A DNA stretch of 55,100 bases from a virus (taxonomy: Duplodnaviria; Caudoviricetes), in the IMG/VR virus record IMGVR_UViG_3300045256_000036, positions 1 through 55,100 of that record, one strand, 5' to 3'. Made by a program: the position numbers and the translations under genes. The first letter of the stretch is position 1. Every line of letters begins with the position of its first letter. The notes under the pieces were generated by a model. That model worked only from the letters and a program-made list of their open reading frames with translations. It made no database searches and was not told the DNA's origin. This document shows, piece by piece, positions 10,182 to 19,406 of this stretch.

Positions 10182-10804
10182 AGTTCATTATCCTTAACTG
10201 GTAAGTACGCACTTGCGGCTTTGAGCATCTCCTGGAACGCCACGTAGTAGTTCAAGGCTATACCAATCATCTCCATTACTTCATAACGAAGAGACACGTC
10301 GACACCTTGCTGCATCTGTTCGAGCATGCAGAGGTTCGTAAGTAGTCGCTTCGTGACGACGATAGGAGGACTGGTTGGATCGGGAGTCGGAATCGGAATC
10401 GGCTCACCCGTTTCAGAATCTACTCTGCAGAACTCTTCAGCAAGGACGTCTGCTCGCTCGAGAGCAGCAGCCATCTCAATACCGTTCAACTTCCGATAGT
10501 AGATCCGAATAGTTTGACCTACAGGAAGATCAGGATCGGTGAAGTCCCTAGGCTCTACCTTGCGCGCTGGACGACCAAACACCCAAGGATTAACTTTAAC
10601 GGGACCGTCGATAGGAGCACCGTTCGAACCGATTGCGACATGAGGAGCTGCAGCAGCAGCTGCCACGGGAGCACCACTACCTACAGGTGCTTGAGATACA
10701 GTACGAGGAAGACGGTCATCCGCTTCTTCATACTCGTAGGGTTGAGGAGACGTGCCGACAGGCAAGCCTTCTCCGATAGTCTTCTTAGTCTCTTGCTCTT
10801 CCAT
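10133..10804 (-). CDS. tail assembly chaperone (gpG-like)
   Basis: Lies between tail tube and tape measure genes; ends ...ELGK, encoded by CTG GGA AAG. Confidence 0.75.
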   Translation of the reverse strand: MEEQETKKTIGEGLPVGTSPQPYEYEEADDRLPRTVSQAPVGSGAPVAAAAAAPHVAIGSNGAPIDGPVKVNPWVFGRPARKVEPRDFTDPDLPVGQTIRIYYRKLNGIEMAAALERADVLAEEFCRVDSETGEPIPIPTPDPTSPPIVVTKRLLTNLCMLEQMQQGVDVSLRYEVMEMIGIALNYYVAFQEMLKAASAYLPVKDNELGKSTPTLASGVSGQG

Positions 10805-10882
10805 TTCCGCCTCAAAGGAAAGAGTGCCTAGCCTGCTCTATAGCAGAACAGACTAGGCCATACAGATCAGCTTTAGGTGAAG

Positions 10883-11332
10883 TTACGGGTAGGCAATGTA
10901 TGTCGGGTTAGCAATTCCAACGTCCATTTGCCTAATTGTGGCATCGTAGGTGATACGCTCGTTGTTGTGACGTGCGTTGAGTTCACCTCGTGTGCCATAG
11001 AAGACCCACTTCTTACTTCCGACAATTGCCGTAAGCAAGAAGTAGTCTCCAGCCGTCCACAAGGATGCAAGATCAGAACCCGCAATCCGAACTAGTTCGG
11101 TAATGCGAGCCTCAAATCGCTCCTTCACGACGACATCATTCTCGAATACTGAATCCATAGCAGAGATCTCAGAGATTCGAGGACGAGAGGAAAGTTCGAA
11201 CCACTCACACTTACCAACAAAGCTAATGGCCGATACTGGAGTAAGCACACCAGCATTGTCTTCAGTAAGGAGCGTAATAGTAAGAGAAGTATTCTTACCA
11301 ACCGCCCATCTCTTTCGAGTAGGAGTTCCCAT
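10883..11332 (-). CDS. major tail (tube) protein
   Basis: Synteny (after the tail terminator, before the chaperone); beta-rich 149 aa; followed by a hairpin at ~10826-10858. Confidence 0.65.
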   Translation of the reverse strand: MGTPTRKRWAVGKNTSLTITLLTEDNAGVLTPVSAISFVGKCEWFELSSRPRISEISAMDSVFENDVVVKERFEARITELVRIAGSDLASLWTAGDYFLLTAIVGSKKWVFYGTRGELNARHNNERITYDATIRQMDVGIANPTYIAYP

Positions 11333-11557
11333 TTACTTAGTAGGTTCCCAATCAGTGAGCGGAGTTTCCGCGGGCACCTCTACGCAGTCATATGCAGGCT
11401 CCGGCGACTCAACCACTTTTTGAAAGCTCTGCCCGCCTCCCATACCGCCTCCTGAGAACTTCGTAAGACGATAACGTTTTGGCTGTGGCTGTTCCTGTGG
11501 CTGAGAATCCGATGCAGGCTGCTGCGGCTGAGGGGTTTCTTGCTCATCAGCCATCAT
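11333..11557 (-). CDS. small hypothetical protein
   Basis: AGGAG RBS; abuts the next gene. Confidence 0.55.
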   Translation of the reverse strand: MMADEQETPQPQQPASDSQPQEQPQPKRYRLTKFSGGGMGGGQSFQKVVESPEPAYDCVEVPAETPLTDWEPTK

Positions 11558-11563
11558 GATCTC

Positions 11564-12052
11564 CTAGTCGTCGGCTAACTCATTCAACCAGACACGTGCA
11601 ATTACGGCGCCTCCCCTGTTAGGAAGACTTCGTTCAATGAACGCTCTGTTTAGGGCCAGCCTAGGACTATATCCTACTTCCGAAACCCGTACGATCTGGC
11701 CCAACTCGTCCGGGAGGTCGTTCGCAACGTCATTAAGATAACGCTGCAATTGCTTCAACTTAACGGACATATCCGTAAGCGAATCTTGTGTTATGTCTTT
11801 CACGTAGTAGATAGGTACGAAACCTTCCAGTACGTGGTTTCCCATACCCATGCTGACTTCCCTAAACAATGGAAGCTCAACAACAGCATAAGGAGGTGCT
11901 AGCATCTCAAATGGAAAGTTCTGAACAGATTCCATTTTATGAATGCCGTGCGCGTCGCCATTCTCGGTAGACCCCATCGTAGCTACTTCAGGCCAGACAA
12001 CAGCGATCCTAGTTTTCAGCTCATTGAAAAGAGTGATGAGATCGTCTTGCAT
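11564..12052 (-). CDS. putative tail terminator / tail completion protein
   Basis: Synteny, size, PYAVV motif. Confidence 0.5.
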   Translation of the reverse strand: MQDDLITLFNELKTRIAVVWPEVATMGSTENGDAHGIHKMESVQNFPFEMLAPPYAVVELPLFREVSMGMGNHVLEGFVPIYYVKDITQDSLTDMSVKLKQLQRYLNDVANDLPDELGQIVRVSEVGYSPRLALNRAFIERSLPNRGGAVIARVWLNELADD

Positions 12053-12462
12053 TATCTGACCTCAGGCTTGGCTTGTTTGATAGCGACAACTCTGACGTGC
12101 CCTGCAACTCTACGCCCTTGATTCGTCTCGGTTACCGGATTACCTACAACCTTGAACATTTCTCCGTTGGTGGCACAGTTAGGAGTGGTGTCTCTGATAT
12201 ACCAAGCCTCGTCAACAGTTGTACCTACAGGAAAGTGAAACTCCACCAAGTTGTCAGAAGTAGCACCTGGCAACGCACCAAAATCTTCAAACACATCCTT
12301 CGAGTCTCGTTTGAAGTTAAAGCAAGGTATGCTTACTAACGTTGGTGCGCTTATGCTTGGGTAGGAATAGGTTACTCCACCTCCAGTAGCTACAGCAGCT
12401 GTAGGCTTGTAGAGGTCAGCCCGCATGGTATAGAGTCGCTGCTCACGTCGATTGAGGCTCAT
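12052..12462 (-). CDS. putative head closure / head-tail joining protein
   Basis: Synteny and size; beta-rich. Confidence 0.5.
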   Translation of the reverse strand: MSLNRREQRLYTMRADLYKPTAAVATGGGVTYSYPSISAPTLVSIPCFNFKRDSKDVFEDFGALPGATSDNLVEFHFPVGTTVDEAWYIRDTTPNCATNGEMFKVVGNPVTETNQGRRVAGHVRVVAIKQAKPEVR

Positions 12463-12470
12463 CTAATTCC

Positions 12471-12911
12471 TCAAGAGGAGAACCAAGTTCTCTTGTAAGG
12501 ACTTCCCCTGTAGCCGTCATCATTGGCGTCAGCTCCAGCTGAGGGGTTGGGTATCCCCACAACACGGGAAATCTGCCCCACTTGATAACCTCGGAAGTTC
12601 TGAAGTGACAATATGACGCGCTCAATCTGTGAATCGATAGCCTTAAGAAGCTCTGCCCAGTTCTTGACGACGTCAGAATCATCTTGCCGAACCGTTCCTT
12701 GCTCCCAGTCAAAGTTATCTGCGTTGGCAGTCATCTTGTAGAGAGCACCCTCACGACGAGCGTTGAGGTATTGAAGAGCAAGGCCACCTGACTGTGCCTT
12801 GTCATCGTGCATGCTCCACCAGGTTGTTGCCATAGCTTCAAACGCTGGGTTGTTCTCCTCGCCAAACTCTCTTACGAGGTTCTCAAGATATTGTTCTGGA
12901 GAAAGAGGCAT
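12471..12911 (-). CDS. putative head-tail adaptor
   Basis: Synteny after the capsid genes; helical, 146 aa. Confidence 0.5.
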   Translation of the reverse strand: MPLSPEQYLENLVREFGEENNPAFEAMATTWWSMHDDKAQSGGLALQYLNARREGALYKMTANADNFDWEQGTVRQDDSDVVKNWAELLKAIDSQIERVILSLQNFRGYQVGQISRVVGIPNPSAGADANDDGYRGSPYKRTWFSS

Positions 12912-12944
12912 CTGTTTGTTCCGTTAACTCCTCATGAGAGGAAC

Positions 12945-13008
12945 ACCTTTAGCCCGACTCGAACGGGTCTGGAGTCCTGCAGAGTGAAACTGCCTAACTC
13001 GTAAAGGC
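12945..13008 (-). ncRNA. anticodon-less tRNA-like element E7 (D-loop carries an inserted hairpin)
   Basis: Minus strand: gccttta c gagt[tag gcag tttcact ctgc agg]actc cag acccg ttcgagt cgggc taaaggt. Confidence 0.65.
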
Positions 13009-13040
13009 ACCTTTAGGCTGCGAAGGAGCTGCGCTTCAGC

Positions 13041-13631
13041 CTAAATAACCGAACCGACGTTTCGCAGTGCGACGTCGTGCTGATCACCCGTTTCACTCAT
13101 AGCACGAATGTCAGCTTCGACCTCTTGAGGCGTACGTCCTTGTTCGACGCTCATAGCCTCACGAGCAACTTCCTTGTCGCGCAGGAGATTGAAGTGCTCC
13201 AGATCAGCATCATCTACTTCCCGGATAGCACCAATCCCCAGCAGGCGATCGAGACCCTCCTGACCAAGCTCCTGCAGGATTTCGTCTTCGCTGACAATAG
13301 TATTCTGAGTCCAGCGACCCTGAATACTTGAGAAGGTAACCTTGTACAGGACTCCTTCCGGAAGCTCTCGAGGCTTCGTCATGGGAGTACCAGTACCCGG
13401 AACGGTATCACTGCCAGGATTGACACTCGGGTGGACACCGCTCGCACCAACGGCCGAGGAAGACAGCTCACTCTCGGCGGCCTGCAGTGAACCAGGAGGA
13501 TTATCGTTGGAGCGTACTGGTGCGTTTGAAGTGTTGGTGACTTCCGCGGGTTTGACTCCCGTTCCTTCCTGGGAAGGATTATTGGTTGCTGGAGGAGTAT
13601 CCGGCGGATTGATTCTAGTCTCTTCAGGCAT
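13041..13631 (-). CDS. hypothetical capsid-associated protein with disordered N-terminus
   Basis: Follows the major capsid gene; Pro/Ser/Thr-rich N-half; LLGIGAI motif. Confidence 0.55.
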   Translation of the reverse strand: MPEETRINPPDTPPATNNPSQEGTGVKPAEVTNTSNAPVRSNDNPPGSLQAAESELSSSAVGASGVHPSVNPGSDTVPGTGTPMTKPRELPEGVLYKVTFSSIQGRWTQNTIVSEDEILQELGQEGLDRLLGIGAIREVDDADLEHFNLLRDKEVAREAMSVEQGRTPQEVEADIRAMSETGDQHDVALRNVGSVI

Positions 13632-13654
13632 TGTATTGCTCTGTCTTTCGAGAG

Positions 13655-13689
13655 ATAGCCTCCCCGATCAGATCAATCGAGGAGGCTAT
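13655..13689 (-). terminator. stem-loop after major capsid gene
   Basis: atagcctcctcgat...atcggggaggctat on the minus strand; weak U-tract. Confidence 0.5.
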
Positions 13690-13742
13690 ATGTCCTTCGG
13701 GACTAAGCGCGGACTTGTTTCTTGATCAAGAACAGTTTACGC

Positions 13743-14774
13743 TTATACAGTCATTACAACGATGGAGCCCGGATAGTAGATAGCCGGACCACCGTTGTGA
13801 CCGTCGTGAACCTCGATCGTGCGAGGAACCTGCCGACCCGAACCCTCCGCGCCGCGGTCAATAACCGCCATGTAAGCGCCTGGAGACATATCCGGGTTGT
13901 TGACGTTTCGGGTGAACTTGTATTCACCGATGAGCTGGCCAGCAGGCCGTGCGCCAACAACGATAACCTTGTTGTTCGGGATGTACAACTGGAACGTACC
14001 GTTGTCATCCAGATAACCCTGATCGTACTCGACGATCTGAGGCAGGTTATCATTCATGAGGAGCGCGTTAATGTCCTTCATGTTGTTGAGCGTCTGCAGA
14101 CCCGTATGCCGACGACCGAAGAGGTCATTAGCATTAGCGTTCTGCAGTAGGTTGTTGGCCGTGCCAGAGTTCATATACGCTCGAGCATTAGCATCGAACG
14201 TAACACCCTTACCACGACCCAGCAGCCTGACAGTACGGAAGTCGAGGATCGGCGTTGCCGTAGCAAACGTCGACCACGCAACACCCGCTGCGTAGGTCTG
14301 CAGAGTGTAGGTATCGGTGTGAGCGATACCAGCACCATAAGGCAGCGCGACCGAGAACGTTCCCGTTGCCAGGAGAGTCCAGATGATCAACTCGATCCGG
14401 TCAAGCCGGCGCTCGAGAAGATGATCCTGAGCCTCCATCACGAGGTCGGAGATATCGATCGGCGTGCCGAACGTACCCCACTGACGTCGCATGGTGAGCT
14501 GGAGCTCGTCGATGAATTTGAATTCACCGTAAACCCCGGGCTGAATGTCGTAGCGCTTTGCTCCGACATGCTTCACCCTGCTAGGCTCACCATTAAGGCC
14601 GCGGAGCTGCTGCAGGCCAGCGTAGTTGTCTTTCTGCTCCCAGCTAACCAGATATGCATCGGCTTCAGTCATCGGGAAGAGCTGAAAGCCGAGGCGATCC
14701 TGAATCAGCCGAGGCATTTTTTCCTGTGCGATCTCGCGCAGCTCGCGAGAGCTAGGATAAGTGAACGTAGACAT
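13743..14774 (-). CDS. major capsid protein (lambda gpE / Phage_cap_E-like)
   Basis: 343 aa; RRLDRIE helix, W...TATPILD, YDQGYLDDNG...YIPNNKVIVV motifs; strongly biased codon usage. Confidence 0.85.
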   Translation of the reverse strand: MSTFTYPSSRELREIAQEKMPRLIQDRLGFQLFPMTEADAYLVSWEQKDNYAGLQQLRGLNGEPSRVKHVGAKRYDIQPGVYGEFKFIDELQLTMRRQWGTFGTPIDISDLVMEAQDHLLERRLDRIELIIWTLLATGTFSVALPYGAGIAHTDTYTLQTYAAGVAWSTFATATPILDFRTVRLLGRGKGVTFDANARAYMNSGTANNLLQNANANDLFGRRHTGLQTLNNMKDINALLMNDNLPQIVEYDQGYLDDNGTFQLYIPNNKVIVVGARPAGQLIGEYKFTRNVNNPDMSPGAYMAVIDRGAEGSGRQVPRTIEVHDGHNGGPAIYYPGSIVVMTV

Positions 14775-14784
14775 AGTTTCTTAG

Positions 14785-15231
14785 TTATCCGACTCGCAGA
14801 ATACCGTCAGCAACGGTGCCCTGAATAAGACGTCCCAGATCGGTCACTGCAGCAGCGTCCAAACCTGTGAGGTCGGTGGTCTTAAAGGTGCCAGATACGT
14901 AAGCAGGTGCTGCTCGGAGCTTCTCACCAGACTCTCCACCTGCCGTCGAACCGACACTGGAGAGGGTGATCAGACCGTTAGCGTCGATCTGCATATCGTA
15001 CTGGGCGATGGCCTTAGCCGTCTGCGAACCGTCGTTGTTAGCGTCGTTGTACGCTTTGTACACACCAGGAGAAGCCGTGACCTCTCCAAGAAGCGTACCC
15101 TTGGGAATGTTGGCCGCGCCCGCAGCGAACGTGACCTCGATGATCTTGGCTTCTTCCGGATTCTGGAACGGCTCCAGTTTCTGGTTGTTATAAGTGTGGG
15201 TTGCCGAAGTAGGCATGTTACTCTCACTCAC
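14785..15231 (-). CDS. head decoration protein (lambda gpD-like)
   Basis: KGTLLG...YKAYNDANNDGSQTAKAI...AYVSGTF motif; between protease and capsid genes. Confidence 0.8.
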   Translation of the reverse strand: MSESNMPTSATHTYNNQKLEPFQNPEEAKIIEVTFAAGAANIPKGTLLGEVTASPGVYKAYNDANNDGSQTAKAIAQYDMQIDANGLITLSSVGSTAGGESGEKLRAAPAYVSGTFKTTDLTGLDAAAVTDLGRLIQGTVADGILRVG

Positions 15232-15242
15232 TTAGGAAGCAG

Positions 15243-16805
15243 TTAGTTCTTGTTGCTTCCGTTGTTACCGTTGGTAAGGCCGCCCATAACGGACTTGCCG
15301 AGAGGCGTCATGCTGAGGAGCTGTTTCTTTCGCTCAGCGGTGACAGACGAAGTCTCGTTCGACTGGCTCGTTCGAGCTTCCGGAGTATCCTGCTTGTTCT
15401 CGAGCTTGAACATAGAAGAGATATGCTCGGCATTCATCTTCTGTCCAGCATCGATCTGAGACGTCGCACCTGCTTCGGTGGTAAGCAAGTTCTCCGCCTG
15501 AACCTCACACAGAGCTTTAATAGCCTCTACGCGAGAGTTCGCCTGATAAGTTCGGCCGTTGATCTCAAAGCCGATCTTAAGAGGATTCTTCCTGTCATCC
15601 TCAGCTGCCGTGATCAACAGAGCAGAAATGATCGGAACAGCAACAGGCAGACACTTCCCACTCGCCAAAAGGCTGTTGGTAAAGTGCTGCGTGTCCATCT
15701 GGACCGAAGACTGCGTCTGCTGCGAGATCTGAGCACGAAGGGTCTGCTCGCGCTCAGTAGCTGCTGCCAGCTCCTGCCGAAGCCGCTCGACTTCTGCGCT
15801 CGGGTTAGGAACGCCTTCGCCTGCGGCTGGCTGGCCCTGGCTGCTGTTGTCGTCGACGATCTTCAGCCCAATATTACCAAACGCATGCTTAATGCGATCG
15901 CCAATAGAGAGCTGGCCGCCATTGTTCTCAGTTGCCATGCTTTTCTCCGTAGCCGCAGCACTCGGCGAACCCGATCTTGCGGCGTATCTACTATCGATCA
16001 ACGACTTGATCACAGCTTCTTCGGTCGATATTCCATCGGCCATACCAGCTGCGACAGCCGCTTCTCCAGTAAGGACACCACCCTTACCGAAGTCTGACAT
16101 CACTACATCTGTAGTGACACTTCTGTTTCGAGCAACCTTCGAAATGAAGATAGTCTCGAGGTCGTCAAGAGTCTTCTGCACAACAGAACGTCCTTCAGCA
16201 GTATCAAGATTAGGACGCTTGTTAGGTGCATTGCTCGAGACGAACTTGTATGCTTTCTTACCTGTCCGCTCATCGCGAGCTGATGTGTCGTGAATTACAG
16301 CTGCGACACCAATCGAGCCTACCATAGAGGTTTCGGACACATAGAGCTCTTCGCAAGCAGATGCTAGCCAGTAGGCTCCTGAACAACAGTCACCTGTTGC
16401 ATATCCTACGATTCGCTTTCTGCCGCGCGCATTGAAAATCATCTCTGCGAGCTCTGCAGTGCCGTTAGCCTCTCCGCCAGGAGAATCGATCTCCAGCAGG
16501 ATTTCTCGGACGTTAGGATTGTCAAGAGCAGCGTTGAAGTCCTTAGCGAGAAGCTCGGTAGAGACTGCTCCACTAACCTCTTGAATCCAGTTACCACGTC
16601 TGATCAGCGGACCGTGAACGGGAATAATTGCTACTCCCTCACGTTCTCGCGTCACTCGAGTATTGCTTAGCGGGACACCATCGCGCGCTCTCAAGAACTC
16701 TGGGTTAAGGTCTTCTCGGTTAACAAGACTGACCATCGCCTCAAGATAGTCTTGAGTTAGCGCCATGGGGCATCCAGCTAATGCCCTCATAATCATATCG
16801 CTCAT
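15243..16805 (-). CDS. S49 family prohead protease with C-terminal scaffold domain (lambda gpC/Nu3-like)
   Basis: IDSPGG, CCSGAYWLAS, VGSIGV, AVAAGMAD motifs; internal ATG at 15938 preceded by GGAG. Confidence 0.9.
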   Translation of the reverse strand: MSDMIMRALAGCPMALTQDYLEAMVSLVNREDLNPEFLRARDGVPLSNTRVTREREGVAIIPVHGPLIRRGNWIQEVSGAVSTELLAKDFNAALDNPNVREILLEIDSPGGEANGTAELAEMIFNARGRKRIVGYATGDCCSGAYWLASACEELYVSETSMVGSIGVAAVIHDTSARDERTGKKAYKFVSSNAPNKRPNLDTAEGRSVVQKTLDDLETIFISKVARNRSVTTDVVMSDFGKGGVLTGEAAVAAGMADGISTEEAVIKSLIDSRYAARSGSPSAAATEKSMATENNGGQLSIGDRIKHAFGNIGLKIVDDNSSQGQPAAGEGVPNPSAEVERLRQELAAATEREQTLRAQISQQTQSSVQMDTQHFTNSLLASGKCLPVAVPIISALLITAAEDDRKNPLKIGFEINGRTYQANSRVEAIKALCEVQAENLLTTEAGATSQIDAGQKMNAEHISSMFKLENKQDTPEARTSQSNETSSVTAERKKQLLSMTPLGKSVMGGLTNGNNGSNKN

Positions 16806-18352
16806 GGCGTAGCTACGTCTCCAGCTTCAGGGTCAGAAGGAGCGTCTTCTCCTTCAGTGCCACTCTTTCTAGGTTTTGAATTAGCGTTGTCTCTCTGGTT
16901 AGAATCGACGTCATTGTCGACGTCGTCCGGGTTGTTTGTAAGACCTGCCTGTGCTTTTTGCATCTCCATATATTCTTCTTCCCAGCCAGGTCGTCGCTGA
17001 GGAAGATTAAGCCAAGAATCGATTTCTTCGAACTGACTATGATGCAAAAAGCCTGTGTGCTTGAGCTTCGCAATTGCAGTTGCGAACTCAGGAAAATCTT
17101 GAGCTTCAGTCTCGCTGAGGTTGACTTCAGGAGTGTACTTATCTGCTATTTCTTTTCCGTAGTTATACTTGAGAAGATAGTAGCAGATGTCTCTCTTGAT
17201 CATTGCCTCTACGGCCTTCTTACCATATCTGATAGGAAGTCCGAGAATATCTTGATGTGTTTGCGCTGCTGCTCTTGCCTGGAACTTCGCTTCCTCAGTT
17301 GCAAGCGTCTGGTTCAAGATCGACTTAGCTATTTGCCTGTCAAACAATGCAATAGCAGCATCGAACGGATCTCCCTGATTCCTAACTTCGAGAGCATTTA
17401 CTTTAGCATCGTTAGGAATGACTAGAGCTGTGCCGTTCTGAAATGCTAGTAGCATTGATAGCATAGCAGTTTCAGGATCAACGTAAACTACATTACCTTG
17501 ATTGTCGAGCTCGAATTGTCCTGTGTTAGGATCGACTTTGGGTAGACGCTGAGCATTCGCAGACAACGTACCGATCAAAGAAGGACTGGCAAACTGAACC
17601 AGGAACTTAAGATATTCAGGCCAGACCTGTGTCTTAAGCCACCATGGATTGTATGCAGGACGAATACAACTCGTTCCTCTAGGGTCTCCGTTCTTAGGTC
17701 GATACGTCAGAACAGCAAACTTCTCTCGAGGTAGAAACCACTCAGCCTTAACAGCCTCAACTGCAATAGAACTGATAAGAGCGGGGCCGCCCCTGCCAGG
17801 TAGTCTACCGAGAATGCCGATTACATTCAGATAAGGATCAACAGCAAAGGCAACCGTTCTGCGAGGCTTGACCTTAAGCCGCCTCAAGCAAACGAGACCC
17901 TTGTCTTCGCCCTTATCAGGAATGTAGTATACTTTCTCCGCAATTTTGTTCCCGAGTGGAAGAGCGTCAAGCATATCATACAGCGGTCCTGTAATGAAAT
18001 CCTGGTCGAGATGGCATTCCAGGTTTCGCTTACAAAAGTCGCGATACTTGACGGATTCTTTGTAGTCAGGATCAAGCTGCTTCCTAGAAGGAAGAAGATG
18101 TACACCTTGGGCAAGGATAGCTAACTTCAAGATCTCGACGCAGCTATCTACCTGCGGATCATTAAGCATCCGCTCGTAGATGTCATCACCGAAATCTCGA
18201 GTTAGGTCATCGAAGTAGAAGGGCAGAGCACGAATTAGCTTGGGCCAGGAGAACAAGCCTCCAGCTACGTACTCCTTTTGAAGCTGAGCCTTAGGCTTGG
18301 CTCCCTGCTCCTTCGGATCTTCTTCGATTGCAATTGTTTGTGGGTCTGTCAT
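16802..18352 (-). CDS. portal protein (DUF935 / Mu gp29-like)
   Basis: 516 aa; YERMLNDPQV...C, LDALPLG...EK, PRGTSCIRPAY..W, FDRQIAKSILNQTL motifs. Confidence 0.8.
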   Translation of the reverse strand: MTDPQTIAIEEDPKEQGAKPKAQLQKEYVAGGLFSWPKLIRALPFYFDDLTRDFGDDIYERMLNDPQVDSCVEILKLAILAQGVHLLPSRKQLDPDYKESVKYRDFCKRNLECHLDQDFITGPLYDMLDALPLGNKIAEKVYYIPDKGEDKGLVCLRRLKVKPRRTVAFAVDPYLNVIGILGRLPGRGGPALISSIAVEAVKAEWFLPREKFAVLTYRPKNGDPRGTSCIRPAYNPWWLKTQVWPEYLKFLVQFASPSLIGTLSANAQRLPKVDPNTGQFELDNQGNVVYVDPETAMLSMLLAFQNGTALVIPNDAKVNALEVRNQGDPFDAAIALFDRQIAKSILNQTLATEEAKFQARAAAQTHQDILGLPIRYGKKAVEAMIKRDICYYLLKYNYGKEIADKYTPEVNLSETEAQDFPEFATAIAKLKHTGFLHHSQFEEIDSWLNLPQRRPGWEEEYMEMQKAQAGLTNNPDDVDNDVDSNQRDNANSKPRKSGTEGEDAPSDPEAGDVATP

Positions 18353-18355
18353 GAT

Positions 18356-18964
18356 TTAGAAGATTCGAGAAGCCTTCAACAGATGGTAGTTGAATCTTGT
18401 CTGCCCAAACCTGTTCCGATAGAACAGAATCGTAGAGAAGAACAACTGCCAGTGTTGTCCTTCCCACCCGCCTTCGATTACCTGACAACCTGCCGAGTTT
18501 CGATTGACTTCAGGAGACGTTCCACCTGCATGGATGTTAATTCCAAACCATCCAGTGAACTCAGGCTCTTCAGGGTCAGGTTTTCCATCCTTATCGAAGT
18601 CACGAACAATCGTAACTGCAGCGTCCTGAACAAGAGCTTGATGGCCCTTGTGAACTCCAATCCTGTAGAACCAGGCACCTTCCTTGAGATGAGCGCATCC
18701 CTTAAGATTGAGTGGTCGCTCCGTCCAATACCTGCCAGGATCACACGATGCTGGAAAAGCTGCAAGAACAGGACCATACAACACTAGCGTGTCGTTGTAA
18801 TGATTCTGGTTCTCAGGAGAGAAGTTATCATTCCGTTCAATCTGAGTTTCGCCTTTCCGAAAGGCTCCTCTAAGTCCGAGGATGCCTAGCTTACCCGAAG
18901 GAGCGGGAGAATATCCCTCACGTGTGATGAAATCCCTGATCAGTTGGTTGGTTAACTCAATCAT
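18356..18964 (-). CDS. putative endolysin / peptidoglycan-acting enzyme (L,D-transpeptidase-like His/Cys motif)
   Basis: GINIHAGG...SAGCQVI motif; DPG and RDFDKDG. Confidence 0.6.
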   Translation of the reverse strand: MIELTNQLIRDFITREGYSPAPSGKLGILGLRGAFRKGETQIERNDNFSPENQNHYNDTLVLYGPVLAAFPASCDPGRYWTERPLNLKGCAHLKEGAWFYRIGVHKGHQALVQDAAVTIVRDFDKDGKPDPEEPEFTGWFGINIHAGGTSPEVNRNSAGCQVIEGGWEGQHWQLFFSTILFYRNRFGQTRFNYHLLKASRIF

Positions 18965-18981
18965 TGAAGTGAAGGCCCTTA

Positions 18982-19392
18982 TCAGCTGAGACTTTCGGTC
19001 GGGCTTTGAAGGATATTGATAATCCCTCTAGCCACAGTCTCGAGGTCGCCTGTTCCACCCGGAGCCAAAATCTTAATGTCAGTATAGAGCTGATAGTCCC
19101 TGTTAACAATAGCTAGTCCACTGTAAGTAGTTGGAAGGAGTGATACTCTCACCTTCCTATTAGCTGCATCAGTGATTGCTATGTTAGTCGGATTGTTTGC
19201 TGTGTTAAAAGCAAACAATGGAACATCGTCTGACTTTCGCTCCTTAGCTGTGAAGAAGATCTTGTAACCCGTTAGAGAGGCATTTGGGACGATCGTGCCA
19301 TTACTATCACGAATCGTGATTGTAATGTCAATGAAGCGACGATCGCCCCACATCACATCAATGTCGAAATCTTCGTAGGTAGAGCTTGCCAT
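18982..19392 (-). CDS. BppU N-terminal-like / Ig-like virion protein
   Basis: GD...ITI...LTGYKIFFTAK...YTDIKI...VARG pattern. Confidence 0.5.
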   Translation of the reverse strand: MASSTYEDFDIDVMWGDRRFIDITITIRDSNGTIVPNASLTGYKIFFTAKERKSDDVPLFAFNTANNPTNIAITDAANRKVRVSLLPTTYSGLAIVNRDYQLYTDIKILAPGGTGDLETVARGIINILQSPTESLS

Positions 19393-19406
19393 GATTTTGC
19401 CTGATG

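Noticed and set aside
13077-18787. Long plus-strand ORFs antisense to capsid, protease and portal genes
   Set aside because: Shadow frames of strongly codon-biased genes; no motifs or RBS
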